Shown here: positions 49,842-60,387 of the stretch, piece after piece
Layout: each line of letters opens with the position of its first letter
How positions within the stretch are numbered: position 1 is the stretch's first letter
Assembly: GCA_965230295.1 (NCBI GenBank)
Contig: OZ246001.1
Span: 416,001-480,000 of the forward strand
Length of the DNA stretch: 64,000 nucleotides
Origin: Marinicella sp.
Lineage (GTDB): Bacteria > Pseudomonadota > Gammaproteobacteria > Xanthomonadales > Marinicellaceae
Reading direction: 5' to 3'
Position numbers and translations under genes: made by a program
The notes under the pieces: model-generated
Told to the model about the DNA's origin: nothing
The model's database searches: none
The model's input: only the letters and a program-made list of their open reading frames with translations

Positions 49842-52465
49842 ACAAGTTGAAGTTATTGACCCTCATCATCCTGACAGTGCTTTTTGCCAACTTCAGTGCG
49901 GCCCAAAGCATCACCCCTTGGACCGAGCAAAACAGTACATTGGGATTGGGCTACCCAGTACCCATTCCAGTGAACACCCCGGAACCATTTGATGGTTTCA
50001 GAACTTATGAAGGCTTGTTCGCGAAACACCAGGAACTGGCCTTGAACAATCCATACATCACCGGGCAAATCGTAGGCCAAACCGTTTATGATCGAGACAT
50101 ATGGGCCTATGTCCTCAGCGATGAAGACAACAACACCAAGTTCGGCGTTAAAGAAGGCGCCATGCTCATCAATGGAGGAATTCATGCCCGAGAGTGGCAA
50201 TCACCAGAAACACTGACACAAATCATCACCACATTCAATGACAACAGCGAAGACAACTCGTTCTATCAGTATTTGTTAGAGAATGCCACCATCATCACCA
50301 TTCCCAGTAATAACATTGATGGCTTTTTACAAACCCAAAGGTTTCCCAGAGAGAATTGGTATTCAAATAATATCGGCCCCAGAGATGGTCGCATGCGGCG
50401 CAAAAACTTGCTTAACACAGATGAAGTGTTGACCACTCAAAACGATTTTTTGAATGGCGTTGATCTGAATCGTAACAACAACCCGTATTGGGCCACGACT
50501 GCCAACCTGCCCAACCCCAGATCATCAAATGATCCAACATCAATCGTATATCACGGCCCATTTGTTCATTCTGAACCTGAAACATTGGCCAGATTGGCAG
50601 CTGCCGACTTGGTCGATGCCGATCAATTAAGGGTTTATACCGATGTCCACTCCTTCTCACTGGTTCACTTTTCCGGACTCACTTTCAACCAAAACCGCAA
50701 CGCCATCCAAACCAGAATGCTCGGCAACTTCAGCCGCTTTCACCGTCAATTACCTGGCGCCAGAAACTATGTCGACTTGCCAAGTCAGGCAGGTTTTGGA
50801 ATCGGTTCAACGGATGAATACTTTGCCACAACCTATGAAATACCTTCATGGACCCTTGAAATAGAGCCGTCTAATATTTTCCAAAACGACGTACATCCTG
50901 AATTGCCAGGCTACGGTGCCGACTATGGTGGTTTTGCCAACAACGGTCATGATGGTTTTATCCTGCCCGACTCTGAAATTAAACGGGTCAGGGAAAATTT
51001 AGCTGAAGCCTTCATGGTGGCTTGGTATGGCCAGGCGGGTCCACCATCAATCACTCAAATGAGAATCATTGATAAAAGCAACAACAGCATCGTTTTTGAT
51101 GCTGAATGGGACGTCAATAATTCAGGGTCACGCGATTTATTCACCCATGCCTATGACGAATTGTTGTCAGGCCATGATTATTCATTGTTGGTCAGGTTTG
51201 ATAAACCCATGCGTTACCGCGACAATAATGGCACCGTCACTTCGTTACCTGGTCAGACTACAATTTTGAATCCCGTGATTCAAGCCACTCACGATGGAGA
51301 AACCGTTGATTTGAATTTAACCAACCATCGTTGGATCAATGAAAAAAGCAGCAACTGGGAAAGTTATGGTTTTTATCAAGATGACACCGTGGTGGTCGAC
51401 TTCAATATCGACCCCAGTATCAACGCCGCAGATGATGCCGAGCTGACCTGGAGAATCATCACCACCGATATGGTCGGCCAGAACACAGACGCCAACCCTG
51501 CATCCATCATCACTTGGTCTGGTGGAACCTGGATCAACTATGAAGACACCAATGGCAACCCGTCCATCAACGGCGGCTTTGACACCACCATCGTTGTCAC
51601 CGTCAGTAACCAAGATGCGGGGCCTGAAATGACCTACCCATTGACAGCGTTGTATTTTGATCCCGGCCGTTCAGGAGAAGGGTTCAACATTGAAATTCTT
51701 GACAACAACAATTCGCTGATGCAGTGGTATACATACGATGAAAATGGTGGGCCACAGTGGTTACTTGCCACCAACCCCATTGCTGCCACCAACGCCTTGT
51801 TCTTCCCGACAGTACTCAGTGCTTCTGGTGGTGTCTTTGGTCCCGACTTTGATCCGGCTGCGATTGAACTGTCAGCCAGTGGTTCTGTAGAAATGATATT
51901 TTCAACTGTTGACTTGGGTGGTGGTAACATCAGCCATGTAGGAAACATGAAATACACCTACCCTGACGGGCGGAAATTCCGCACCACATTGCAACCCGTA
52001 GCAGCTGCAACGGGTATCTATTCGCTCAGTGAATTAGGTAATGTAGATCCGCCTGAGCCCGCTTTAAGTGCCGCCAGCTTGATTGGTTCCTGGTTTGACC
52101 CCACTCGCAACGGTGAAGGCTTCCATATCCAGGAAACGGTCAATGGCAATGCCGTCATGCTATGGTACAGCTATGGCCTGAATGGCGGGCAAGACTGGTT
52201 TATTGGCAGTGGTGGTGTGGTCACAGAATTGTTTGATGAGGTCAACATCAGTTTCAACGAAGTTTATCAAGTAAGAGGTGGTGTGTTCGGTGCAGATTTC
52301 AATGCCAACAACATCGTACCTGAATTGTGGGGATCGGTTGAATTGAACTTGCAATGTACATCAGGACGTTTCGACTTCAATGCATTGGATTCAGAATATG
52401 GCAGTGGTAGTTATTCAGTGGTACCGATCACCAGGCCGGTAGCCAACAATGCCATATGTGAATAA
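49838..52465 (+). CDS. Secreted M14 zinc carboxypeptidase with two C-terminal WFxP-G-G beta modules
   Basis: Motifs GGIHAREW, NIDG, RKN, GVDLNRN, SEPET, DVHS and TLEI; signal peptide. Confidence 0.9.
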   Translation: MNKLKLLTLIILTVLFANFSAAQSITPWTEQNSTLGLGYPVPIPVNTPEPFDGFRTYEGLFAKHQELALNNPYITGQIVGQTVYDRDIWAYVLSDEDNNTKFGVKEGAMLINGGIHAREWQSPETLTQIITTFNDNSEDNSFYQYLLENATIITIPSNNIDGFLQTQRFPRENWYSNNIGPRDGRMRRKNLLNTDEVLTTQNDFLNGVDLNRNNNPYWATTANLPNPRSSNDPTSIVYHGPFVHSEPETLARLAAADLVDADQLRVYTDVHSFSLVHFSGLTFNQNRNAIQTRMLGNFSRFHRQLPGARNYVDLPSQAGFGIGSTDEYFATTYEIPSWTLEIEPSNIFQNDVHPELPGYGADYGGFANNGHDGFILPDSEIKRVRENLAEAFMVAWYGQAGPPSITQMRIIDKSNNSIVFDAEWDVNNSGSRDLFTHAYDELLSGHDYSLLVRFDKPMRYRDNNGTVTSLPGQTTILNPVIQATHDGETVDLNLTNHRWINEKSSNWESYGFYQDDTVVVDFNIDPSINAADDAELTWRIITTDMVGQNTDANPASIITWSGGTWINYEDTNGNPSINGGFDTTIVVTVSNQDAGPEMTYPLTALYFDPGRSGEGFNIEILDNNNSLMQWYTYDENGGPQWLLATNPIAATNALFFPTVLSASGGVFGPDFDPAAIELSASGSVEMIFSTVDLGGGNISHVGNMKYTYPDGRKFRTTLQPVAAATGIYSLSELGNVDPPEPALSAASLIGSWFDPTRNGEGFHIQETVNGNAVMLWYSYGLNGGQDWFIGSGGVVTELFDEVNISFNEVYQVRGGVFGADFNANNIVPELWGSVELNLQCTSGRFDFNALDSEYGSGSYSVVPITRPVANNAICE

Positions 52466-52472
52466 CCGGATA

Positions 52473-52502
52473 AAAAGCCCTTGAAGAAAAACAAGGGCTT
52501 TG
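52473..52502. terminator. Terminator hairpin between convergent genes
   Basis: AAAGCCCTTG-AAGAAAAA-CAAGGGCTTT. Confidence 0.7.
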
Positions 52503-52504
52503 CT

Positions 52505-53419
52505 TTATGAGGCTTGTGCTGCGATTAAGGCCATCAACTGCTCTTCTGGCTGGATCTTTGAAGCACCAATCAACTCATCTAAATGTGTCACTGAAGTGGT
52601 TCCAACTAAGGCAGAGCAGAAATCAGCCGAATGTAATACAAATGCCAAGGCCAATTGCACGGCACTACCGGTTTCTTGATCGTTTAAAAAATAATAACGT
52701 TTGGCTTGTTGCAATAATGAACGGTTGTTTTTATAAGCCCTTAACCAATACCAAACAGACTTCAAACCACGAAACTTTTTAAAGCGGCGGTCATACAAGC
52801 CACCGGCAATGGCCCCTGCCACCAAAACATCTATTTTTTGTTGCTTTAAATCATGCATGGTGTCTTTGCGGTGTTGAAGCAAAATGCTGTAATCGAGCAT
52901 GATGCACTGGAATTGTTGGCTGTCTGCAGCTGTTTTGATGATGTCATCGTTGAAAGAATTAACACCCACCATCCCCACTTTACCCGTTTGCTGTAAATCT
53001 GTAAGGACTCGGTATGTCTCATCATTAAAGTCTTCAGGATTGGGGCCGTGTAAAAACAGCATGGGTAGGTGGTCAATTTGTAACCTTTGCAGCGATTGCT
53101 CACAAGATTGTTTGATCCACTGTGGAGAAAAATCCTTGTGTAAGCGACCCATAGTACCCACCCGTGTACCCACTTTACTGCTGACCACCAAATTGTCTTT
53201 ATCTGCTACTTGTTGTAACGCCTTTCCCAAACGTTTTTCAGCATGGCCACCAGAATAACTGTGGCCAGTATCCAGATAAGTAATACCTTGTTCAATGGCA
53301 TGATGAACCACCTTTATGGCCTGGCGTTCTGAAAAATACTTTTGTCCCCAGTAGCTGGCACAACCTAAACCAATCTCGGACAATTTGAGATCACTGTTTT
53401 GCAGCTGGCGGTACTTCAT
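52505..53419 (-). CDS. Aldo/keto reductase
   Basis: Motifs [32 protein letters not shown] and GVNS; ATGA overlap with hemF. Confidence 0.92.
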   Translation of the reverse strand: MKYRQLQNSDLKLSEIGLGCASYWGQKYFSERQAIKVVHHAIEQGITYLDTGHSYSGGHAEKRLGKALQQVADKDNLVVSSKVGTRVGTMGRLHKDFSPQWIKQSCEQSLQRLQIDHLPMLFLHGPNPEDFNDETYRVLTDLQQTGKVGMVGVNSFNDDIIKTAADSQQFQCIMLDYSILLQHRKDTMHDLKQQKIDVLVAGAIAGGLYDRRFKKFRGLKSVWYWLRAYKNNRSLLQQAKRYYFLNDQETGSAVQLALAFVLHSADFCSALVGTTSVTHLDELIGASKIQPEEQLMALIAAQAS

Positions 53420-54324
53420 TTTATCCAGTCAATCGGTTTTAGGTACTCACTGAGTCGGGCTTCCTGAGTGCCTGATTTTGGTTGGTAATTGTAACGAAAA
53501 GACACTTCAGGAGGCAAAGACATGAGAATCGATTCAGTCCGGCCACCAGATTGCAGGCCAAACAAGGTTCCACGATCATAAACCAAATTGAACTCAACAT
53601 AACGACCACGGCGGTACTTTTGGAATTGTTTGTGTTCATCATCAAACACACTGTGCATGTGTTTTTTCACTATCGGTATGTAAGCCTCACAATAGGCATT
53701 CCCAATGGCTTTTAAGAAAGCGAAACAGGTATCAAACCCCCACTCATTCAAGTCATCAAAAAACAAGCCGCCCACACCCCTGGTTTCTTTTCTATGCTTT
53801 AAATAAAAATACTCATCACACCATTTCTTATATTGAGGGTAGACCTCATCACCAAAAGGCTTACAAGCATCATGAGCCACCTGGTGCCAGTGTTCAACAT
53901 CTTCATCGAAAGGATAAAATGGTGTCAGATCAAAACCGCCACCAAACCACCAATGCACGGTCCCATCACCTTTAGGCTTGGTACGAAACACCCTGACATT
54001 GGCATGTGAGGTGGGAATGAAAGGGTTGTCTGGATGCACCACCAGCGACACACCTGAGGCTTCAAAACCCTGACCGGACATCTCAGGTCTCTTGGCAGTT
54101 GCGGCAACTGGTAACTGGTCACCTTTAACGTGTGAGAAGTTAACCCCAGCTTGTTCAAAGACATCACCTGAGAGAACCCTGGTTCTGCCGCCACCTCCGC
54201 TGTCATGTTGCCAGGCATCTTGCTTGAATTGATGATGTCCTTCAATCGCTTCCAACTGCTGACAAATGCTGTCTTGCAACGATTTCAAATAGTCAATCAC
54301 TGCTTCAAATTGCTCATCATTCAT
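53416..54324 (-). CDS. hemF: Oxygen-dependent coproporphyrinogen III oxidase
   Basis: Motifs [46 protein letters not shown] and [10 protein letters not shown]. Confidence 0.97.
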   Translation of the reverse strand: MNDEQFEAVIDYLKSLQDSICQQLEAIEGHHQFKQDAWQHDSGGGGRTRVLSGDVFEQAGVNFSHVKGDQLPVAATAKRPEMSGQGFEASGVSLVVHPDNPFIPTSHANVRVFRTKPKGDGTVHWWFGGGFDLTPFYPFDEDVEHWHQVAHDACKPFGDEVYPQYKKWCDEYFYLKHRKETRGVGGLFFDDLNEWGFDTCFAFLKAIGNAYCEAYIPIVKKHMHSVFDDEHKQFQKYRRGRYVEFNLVYDRGTLFGLQSGGRTESILMSLPPEVSFRYNYQPKSGTQEARLSEYLKPIDWIK

Positions 54325-54387
54325 AGGTTGTAACAGATTTGTTTTTGAATTGGATCATTATCAATCGGAAAGCAGAACAAGTCCAGC

Positions 54388-57300
54388 TTAAGATTTTTTA
54401 TTGATGGCCATCTGGTATTTCTTCGGTGTCATGCCATATTTCTTTTTAAAACAAGCCGCAAAATAAGACACTGAGCTGAAGCCACATTCATCAACCACCA
54501 AAGAAACCTGGAAACCATCAGACAGTTTCTTGGCAGCCATTTCTATGCGGTAATCACGCAACAGATTCATGGGGCTGTCATCAATCAAAGCTTTGACCTT
54601 GCGCTGCAATTGCCTTTCACTGACATTCATTTCACGGGCCAATTGCGGACGCATGAACAAGATGTCATGGTAATTGTCAGCAATCACCGATTTCAACTTA
54701 TTGACAAATTTCAGGTCTTGTTTGGGTAGATCCAATGATTCTGTGGTACCAGATACAGTTAAACTGGCATGGGTTTTTTGTTGTAAAATTTTCCTGACGT
54801 TCAAAATCGCATTCAAAGTGGCATGCAACTCTTTACCATCAAACGGTTTGGTCAGATAAACATCAATGTTTTCACGCCAACCTTTGATTCGGCTTTCTTT
54901 GGTATTCAATGCTGTTAACAAAATGATAGGTATGTGAGAGGTTTTGGCATCATTACGCAGAATTCTTGTCACTTGAAAACCATCCATCTCAGGCATCATC
55001 ACATCACAAAGGACGATGTCAGGCATTTCCTTCAATGCAATGGCGATACCTGCCCTGCCTCGATCTGCAAACAGACACTGGTATTTATCTTGCAGGACTT
55101 CCCCCACATGGTTCCTCATATCCAGGTTGTCTTCAATGATCAAAAGTTTAACGGCTGCATTCCTTTTTCGGGTACTCGTCGGTAAGTTGTCCTCAATCAA
55201 TTCATTGCTGGTATTCTCAACCATGTCTTGTACCACTGTTGATTCATGGCTTTCGCTTTCCTGCCACGCTGCAATGGGCATGGTTATGGTGAATGTACTG
55301 CCCTTACCCAACTCACTGTCAAGATGAACTTGTCCGCCGTTGGCCATGGTAATTTCTTTGACCACTGCCAAACCGATACCTGTCCCTTGTATGTTGCGGT
55401 GCGTATCCAATCGTGTGAAGCGATCAAATACAGCTGCCTGATCTTTATCAGCAATGCCACCACCAGAATCTTTAACAGTGATGATCACCTGCTTGTCATG
55501 ATCATGACTGGACAGTAAAACTCGACCACCCAATGAAGTAAATTTGATGGCATTAGACAGTAAGTTACCTATCACCATTTCCAAAAATTCAGCTGTGGCA
55601 TAGATGTGTGCTGATGATTGATTATCGACTTGAAGGTCAATGTTCTTAGCCTCTGCCAACATATGGTATGACTCATACAACATATTCAACACTGGCCTGA
55701 CATCTTGACTTTCTCTGACCACGGCCTTTTCCTGTTCCACTTCAGAAAGCTTCAAAATTTGTCCCACCATCACCAGCAAGCGGTTGGCATTGCGTTTGAT
55801 CATGTTCAATTTTGACTTATGTGGATACAAGTCGTTATCGTTCAACAATTGTTCTGCTGGCCCTTTGATCAAAGCCAACGGCGTTTTGAACTCATGGGTG
55901 ACGTTGGCAAACAATTCATTTTTGTGATTCAACAGAGACTCAACCATCTGTTTTTGGGTTTTTAGTTCCTGGGTACGTTCATTAACCACCGCTTCCAATT
56001 CCACCGCACGTTTCCTGATCGCAGTGGTGCGATACCGGATAAAACTGAAGATGCCAATCACAGTTGCCAATGCATACAATGCATAAGCCCAAAGAGAAAA
56101 CCAGGGCGCAGGCCTTACTGAAATAACCAAGGATTTGGGGGGGTCTGACCATACCCCATCCTTGTTGGCAGCTTTAACCTCGAAGGTGTATTTGCCAGGC
56201 TTGAGGTTGGTATAGGTGGCTTTTCGATCTGAACCTGAAACGATCGTCCAATCATTGTTAAAATTAACCAATCGATAGGCCATTTTTAAACCTTCTGATT
56301 CCACATAAGCTGTGGATGAAAATTCAATGGACGTAGACAGGTCTAAGTGATTCAATTGTAAGCCACCTAATTCATTGATGGATTGATTGAGTTTGTAGCC
56401 TCCGGCCGTGCTCTCTCCAATTGAAAGCCTATCGTTCATTTGAGCAAGTCCAACCAACAATACATCAGGTGATTGATTGACCAAATCTATTGTTTCCGGG
56501 ATAAAGCTGTTAAAGCCCCTGCTTCCTCCAAAATACAATTGACCTTCTTGATCTTTATGGCTTGATCCAATTTTAAATGACTGGCTTTGCAATCCATCGT
56601 ATTCATGGAATTGAGTTGCTGTTGATGTATTCGGATTCAGGTACCAAATCCCATGAGAACCAGAGAACCATAAATTTCCGAACGAGTCCTCTAAAATTGC
56701 TGACATGGTGAATTGTGTATGGTCTGATGAAAACAATGCTGTCTCATCATTGATTTCCCGATTGTCTTTGATCCGATACACTTTCTGATCATCAACTGAT
56801 AACCAAATGTCAGTATCCAATACTTTCAATGCCGTCACCAAGCCAAAATCGACTTCATCAAAGAAACTCATATCATAAGCCCTTAATTGATAGGCATCAT
56901 CCATAACTGTCAAGCCATTGTTGCCATACAACAACCATTCGGAAGCCGTGAATTTTTCAACGCCATAATACAATGCACTTGAATACTGTTTTTTTTCAGA
57001 GGCAATTTCCGAGAGTTGTTTGTTTGTGATGTTGTATATAAACAAACCACTGTTGGTGCCAATTAATAACTCAAACTGACCAACAAAACTGATGAATGTA
57101 ATCCCATCAATCATGGTTTGATTGAGGTGATTTTCAAATGTGTTTTCCGATACGTCGAGGCGATCTAAACCCTGGGTTGAAGCCACCCACAAAAAACCAC
57201 CTGTGTCTTGTTTGATTGATTTAATGAAGTTGCCAGTAAGTCCATTGTTTTCATCATATAACTGACATGCTTTGGTGGCTTGATTGACCTGAACTAAACC

Positions 57301-58371
57301 TTTCTCGGTACCCACCCACAAATTTTCCGCTTGGCTGAAAAACGCATTGACAACATCGCTTTGAGTACAGTGAAACCCTTTTGAGAACTTATTTTTCCAG
57401 TTAAAGTTTAAAACATTCTCATAAAAATAAACCAATCCATTCTCGAACGTGCCAACCCAAATGACATTCATAGCGTCTTTAAACAAAGCAAAAACATGAT
57501 TGATTGGTGCCGAATTCATATCGTCTGTATTTTGATTGATCCTGGTGATGGTTTGGTCATTCAAATCAAAACGAATGAGTCCATTTTCAATAGTACCAAG
57601 CCACAGTTTGTCATCGTCTGCTAATAAACGCTTGATATTGAAGCCTAACAAATCATCACTGAAAACCTCGAAACACATACAATTGTGATCCAATTGAAAA
57701 AGACCGCCTGTCGTTGCCAACAATAACTGACCATTCAATTCCAATAATTGGTTATTTTTGAGTTTGTTCTGAGTAAGACTGTTAGGGATTTTAACTTTCG
57801 CGTGGCCCTTTGGGTCAACCTTAAAAACCTCTTGCCTGGCCATATAAGTTAAAGTTTTATCGTATATGATCAGATCTTCAACCGGGCCTGAGTTGTTATG
57901 ATTTTGAACTGACAGATCAGTTAAGTTGATCTGCCATACGCCACTCTCTGCAGCCACCCAAAGTGAATCATTTTCAACCAATAAATCATGGACTGTACGG
58001 AGGTCTATACCAGCATTCTTTATGGGAATTGCAGTCAATTTACCAGCAAAATGGGCAAACAAACCATCACCACCTGTTCCCACCCAAACCCTATCAGAGT
58101 TGTCTTGGACGACCACCCGAACATCCTTCAGAGACATCCTTTGTTCATCCTTGATTGTACTTATCTTTATGCCATCATAAATTTGCAAACCACCATAGGA
58201 TCCGATCCAAATTAAACCCGCAGTGTCCTGGTAAATGGTTCTGATAAAATGACTACTCAAGTGATCTTGAGTAGACAATTGATTGAAGTGTTTGGCCTCG
58301 AGATCTGATATCGCTATACTAAAAAATAATGCTATTATCACAACTCCGTATGATGGCGGCGTGCTATTCAA
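54388..58371 (-). CDS. Hybrid two-component sensor-regulator (Reg_prop propellers, Y_Y_Y, HisKA, HATPase, REC, AraC HTH)
   Basis: Repeated QD..G.IWIG blades; ATYTNLKPGKYTFEVKAAN; TM segment; THEFKTPL; NLLSNAIKF; GTGIGL; DVMMPEMDG; CGFSSVSYF..FKKKYGMTP. Confidence 0.93.
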   Translation of the reverse strand: MNSTPPSYGVVIIALFFSIAISDLEAKHFNQLSTQDHLSSHFIRTIYQDTAGLIWIGSYGGLQIYDGIKISTIKDEQRMSLKDVRVVVQDNSDRVWVGTGGDGLFAHFAGKLTAIPIKNAGIDLRTVHDLLVENDSLWVAAESGVWQINLTDLSVQNHNNSGPVEDLIIYDKTLTYMARQEVFKVDPKGHAKVKIPNSLTQNKLKNNQLLELNGQLLLATTGGLFQLDHNCMCFEVFSDDLLGFNIKRLLADDDKLWLGTIENGLIRFDLNDQTITRINQNTDDMNSAPINHVFALFKDAMNVIWVGTFENGLVYFYENVLNFNWKNKFSKGFHCTQSDVVNAFFSQAENLWVGTEKGLVQVNQATKACQLYDENNGLTGNFIKSIKQDTGGFLWVASTQGLDRLDVSENTFENHLNQTMIDGITFISFVGQFELLIGTNSGLFIYNITNKQLSEIASEKKQYSSALYYGVEKFTASEWLLYGNNGLTVMDDAYQLRAYDMSFFDEVDFGLVTALKVLDTDIWLSVDDQKVYRIKDNREINDETALFSSDHTQFTMSAILEDSFGNLWFSGSHGIWYLNPNTSTATQFHEYDGLQSQSFKIGSSHKDQEGQLYFGGSRGFNSFIPETIDLVNQSPDVLLVGLAQMNDRLSIGESTAGGYKLNQSINELGGLQLNHLDLSTSIEFSSTAYVESEGLKMAYRLVNFNNDWTIVSGSDRKATYTNLKPGKYTFEVKAANKDGVWSDPPKSLVISVRPAPWFSLWAYALYALATVIGIFSFIRYRTTAIRKRAVELEAVVNERTQELKTQKQMVESLLNHKNELFANVTHEFKTPLALIKGPAEQLLNDNDLYPHKSKLNMIKRNANRLLVMVGQILKLSEVEQEKAVVRESQDVRPVLNMLYESYHMLAEAKNIDLQVDNQSSAHIYATAEFLEMVIGNLLSNAIKFTSLGGRVLLSSHDHDKQVIITVKDSGGGIADKDQAAVFDRFTRLDTHRNIQGTGIGLAVVKEITMANGGQVHLDSELGKGSTFTITMPIAAWQESESHESTVVQDMVENTSNELIEDNLPTSTRKRNAAVKLLIIEDNLDMRNHVGEVLQDKYQCLFADRGRAGIAIALKEMPDIVLCDVMMPEMDGFQVTRILRNDAKTSHIPIILLTALNTKESRIKGWRENIDVYLTKPFDGKELHATLNAILNVRKILQQKTHASLTVSGTTESLDLPKQDLKFVNKLKSVIADNYHDILFMRPQLAREMNVSERQLQRKVKALIDDSPMNLLRDYRIEMAAKKLSDGFQVSLVVDECGFSSVSYFAACFKKKYGMTPKKYQMAINKKS

Positions 58372-58433
58372 AAACTAATTCAATTGATGTTTAAATGTGC
58401 ATTATATTACCTTTTTGATATCAAGTATCAACA

Positions 58434-58817
58434 TCAATGATTGGGTTCATCAATATTCAAAGAAGTAATGATACAGTCGGTAGGTGACCCTGATCCATGA
58501 TGATTCGGTACGGATACTATAGTAGGCGGGTACAATTGATCATGCAAATTTTGACATGAAGCGGTTTCCACTAACATCTCAAGTTTTTCTTCTTCGGGCA
58601 AGACAAAATTGGCTATTTTCCTTTCTTGATTGATATCAAACATCGTTTTATATACACCACCATCTTTAATTGATGAAGAATATACAGAGCCCCTGATTGT
58701 TATAACAGCATATGTATAGCCGTTGTGTTTACAACTTTTATCATAAAATCCTGCAGAATAAGCCTTTGAAAAACTCAATATGCCAAGAACAACAAACGTT
58801 AATACTATTTTTTTCAT
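58434..58817 (-). CDS. Small secreted hypothetical protein (127 aa)
   Basis: ATG 58817 with GGGAG SD; signal peptide MKKIVLTFVVLGILSFSKAYSA; AT-rich. Confidence 0.7.
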   Translation of the reverse strand: MKKIVLTFVVLGILSFSKAYSAGFYDKSCKHNGYTYAVITIRGSVYSSSIKDGGVYKTMFDINQERKIANFVLPEEEKLEMLVETASCQNLHDQLYPPTIVSVPNHHGSGSPTDCIITSLNIDEPNH

Positions 58818-58949
58818 TTTACACACGCTCCCTAAAATTTCATTTTCGAGTAAAATCCAATTTCTGAATGTAGTTAACTGCAGATTAAGGCATGGCCACA
58901 TACAATGTCCTTAATTATGCAACTGGTTAAGTAGTTTACTAGTAGCTGG

Positions 58950-58989
58950 CACAAAATTATTGGTTTCTGTCACAAAATTATGGTTTTCT
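58950..58989. promoter_or_regulatory. Tandem direct repeat with 21-bp period (putative AraC-type operator)
   Basis: CACAAAATTATTGGTTTCT and CACAAAATTATGGTTTTCT, 17/19 identical, starting at 58950 and 58971. Confidence 0.55.
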
Positions 58990-59105
58990 TTTGAACAAGG
59001 CCAGTTTTCAGGTAATAAAGGAATGTCCTTGGAACTTCATTCACTTTGAAAGCGGCCACGGCTTGATACCTCGGACGAGCTGATCATCAGCTCTCCCATG
59101 AACTC

Positions 59106-59546
59106 TTAAGTGTTTTGGTGATACCCGGGTATCTGCTCTAAGGCATTCTTACTTCGTACAAACACACCATTTCCACGACCAATTTCTTTGCCATCAGCGT
59201 TATAGACCACTGATTCTGCGATGATTTGGCTGCGGTTTTGATTAACGATTTTACCCACCGCCCGCATTTGTCCTTCACTGACCGGTCGGGTGAGGTAAGT
59301 GGTGAAGCTGGTGGTGAGCATGAAATGTTTTTCTTCTACGGAATTCGCTGCAAAATAAGCCGCATCATCCAGCATTTTGAAATAGACCGAGCCATGAACG
59401 GCCCCTGCTGCATGGTGATAATCGGGTTTCAAATCGATGACAATTTCTGCTGTTTTGTGGCTGACTGAAATGGCAGGTTTGAATAAGTGGTTGAATGGTG
59501 CAGATGAATACATCCGTTCCAACCGTTCATAGTGGTTTTTATTCAT
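59106..59546 (-). CDS. PaaI-family (hotdog fold) thioesterase
   Basis: Motifs HAAGAVHGSVYFKMLDDAA and YLTRPV. Confidence 0.9.
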   Translation of the reverse strand: MNKNHYERLERMYSSAPFNHLFKPAISVSHKTAEIVIDLKPDYHHAAGAVHGSVYFKMLDDAAYFAANSVEEKHFMLTTSFTTYLTRPVSEGQMRAVGKIVNQNRSQIIAESVVYNADGKEIGRGNGVFVRSKNALEQIPGYHQNT

Positions 59547-59622
59547 TTAATTTAATCCTTGGCTATTTATTTTTAATCACCTGACTTATTATAATGGCGT
59601 ATTGTTCAATTCAACGAATCCC

Positions 59623-60387
59623 ATGAAATTTTTGGTCAGTAATGATGATGGCGTCAATGCCAAAGGAATAAAAATTTTGGCTGAAATGCTAAAAGACCTT
59701 GGTGAGGTGGTGGTGTTTGCACCCAACCGTGATCGTTCAGGTGCCAGTAACTCTTTGACTCTAGATCGCCCCATTCGGGTCGAAAAAGTTTCCGGTGATG
59801 TCTTCAGTGTATATGGCACCCCGACTGACTGTGTCCATCTGGCCCTCACCGGCGTGTTGGACAATGAACCTGACATGGTCATTTCCGGCATCAACAATGC
59901 GGCCAACCTGGGTGATGATGTGCTCTACTCTGGGACAGTGGCAGCTGCCATTGAAGGTCGGTATCTGGGCTTGCCAGCCATTGCGGTTTCCATTGTATTG
60001 GACTCTGTCAAAGAAAACCGTCGACCACGAGATTTTCATACCGTCACCCACTTTCTGAAAAAGATCATTCAGCATGTGATCATGCATCCCTTGCCTAAAG
60101 ACACCATATTGAATGTTAATGTGCCTAATTTACCGATCAATGAAATTAAGGGCATGAAAATCACCCGCTTGGGGTACCGCCACAAAGCGGAAAACGCCAT
60201 TCCTATCAGAGACCCGCGCGGATTCAAGATGTACTGGATAGGACCTGCTGGACCCGAAGCGGATGCCGGTGAAGGCACTGATTTCCACGCAGTAAAAAAT
60301 GGCTATGTCTCGATATCTCCCATGCAAACTGATATGACCAAGCATGACTTTATTGACGATTTAGCCACCTGGGCCAAAACCATATGA
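59623..60387 (+). CDS. surE: 5'/3'-nucleotidase SurE
   Basis: Motifs FLVSNDDG, SGASNSLT, GTPTDCV, SGIN, YSGTVAAA and LNVNVP. Confidence 0.97.
   Translation: MKFLVSNDDGVNAKGIKILAEMLKDLGEVVVFAPNRDRSGASNSLTLDRPIRVEKVSGDVFSVYGTPTDCVHLALTGVLDNEPDMVISGINNAANLGDDVLYSGTVAAAIEGRYLGLPAIAVSIVLDSVKENRRPRDFHTVTHFLKKIIQHVIMHPLPKDTILNVNVPNLPINEIKGMKITRLGYRHKAENAIPIRDPRGFKMYWIGPAGPEADAGEGTDFHAVKNGYVSISPMQTDMTKHDFIDDLATWAKTI

Noticed and set aside
59077-59093. Palindrome GAGCTGA-TCA-TCAGCTC downstream of the thioesterase
   Set aside because: Short and without a U-tract; too weak to call a terminator or operator.
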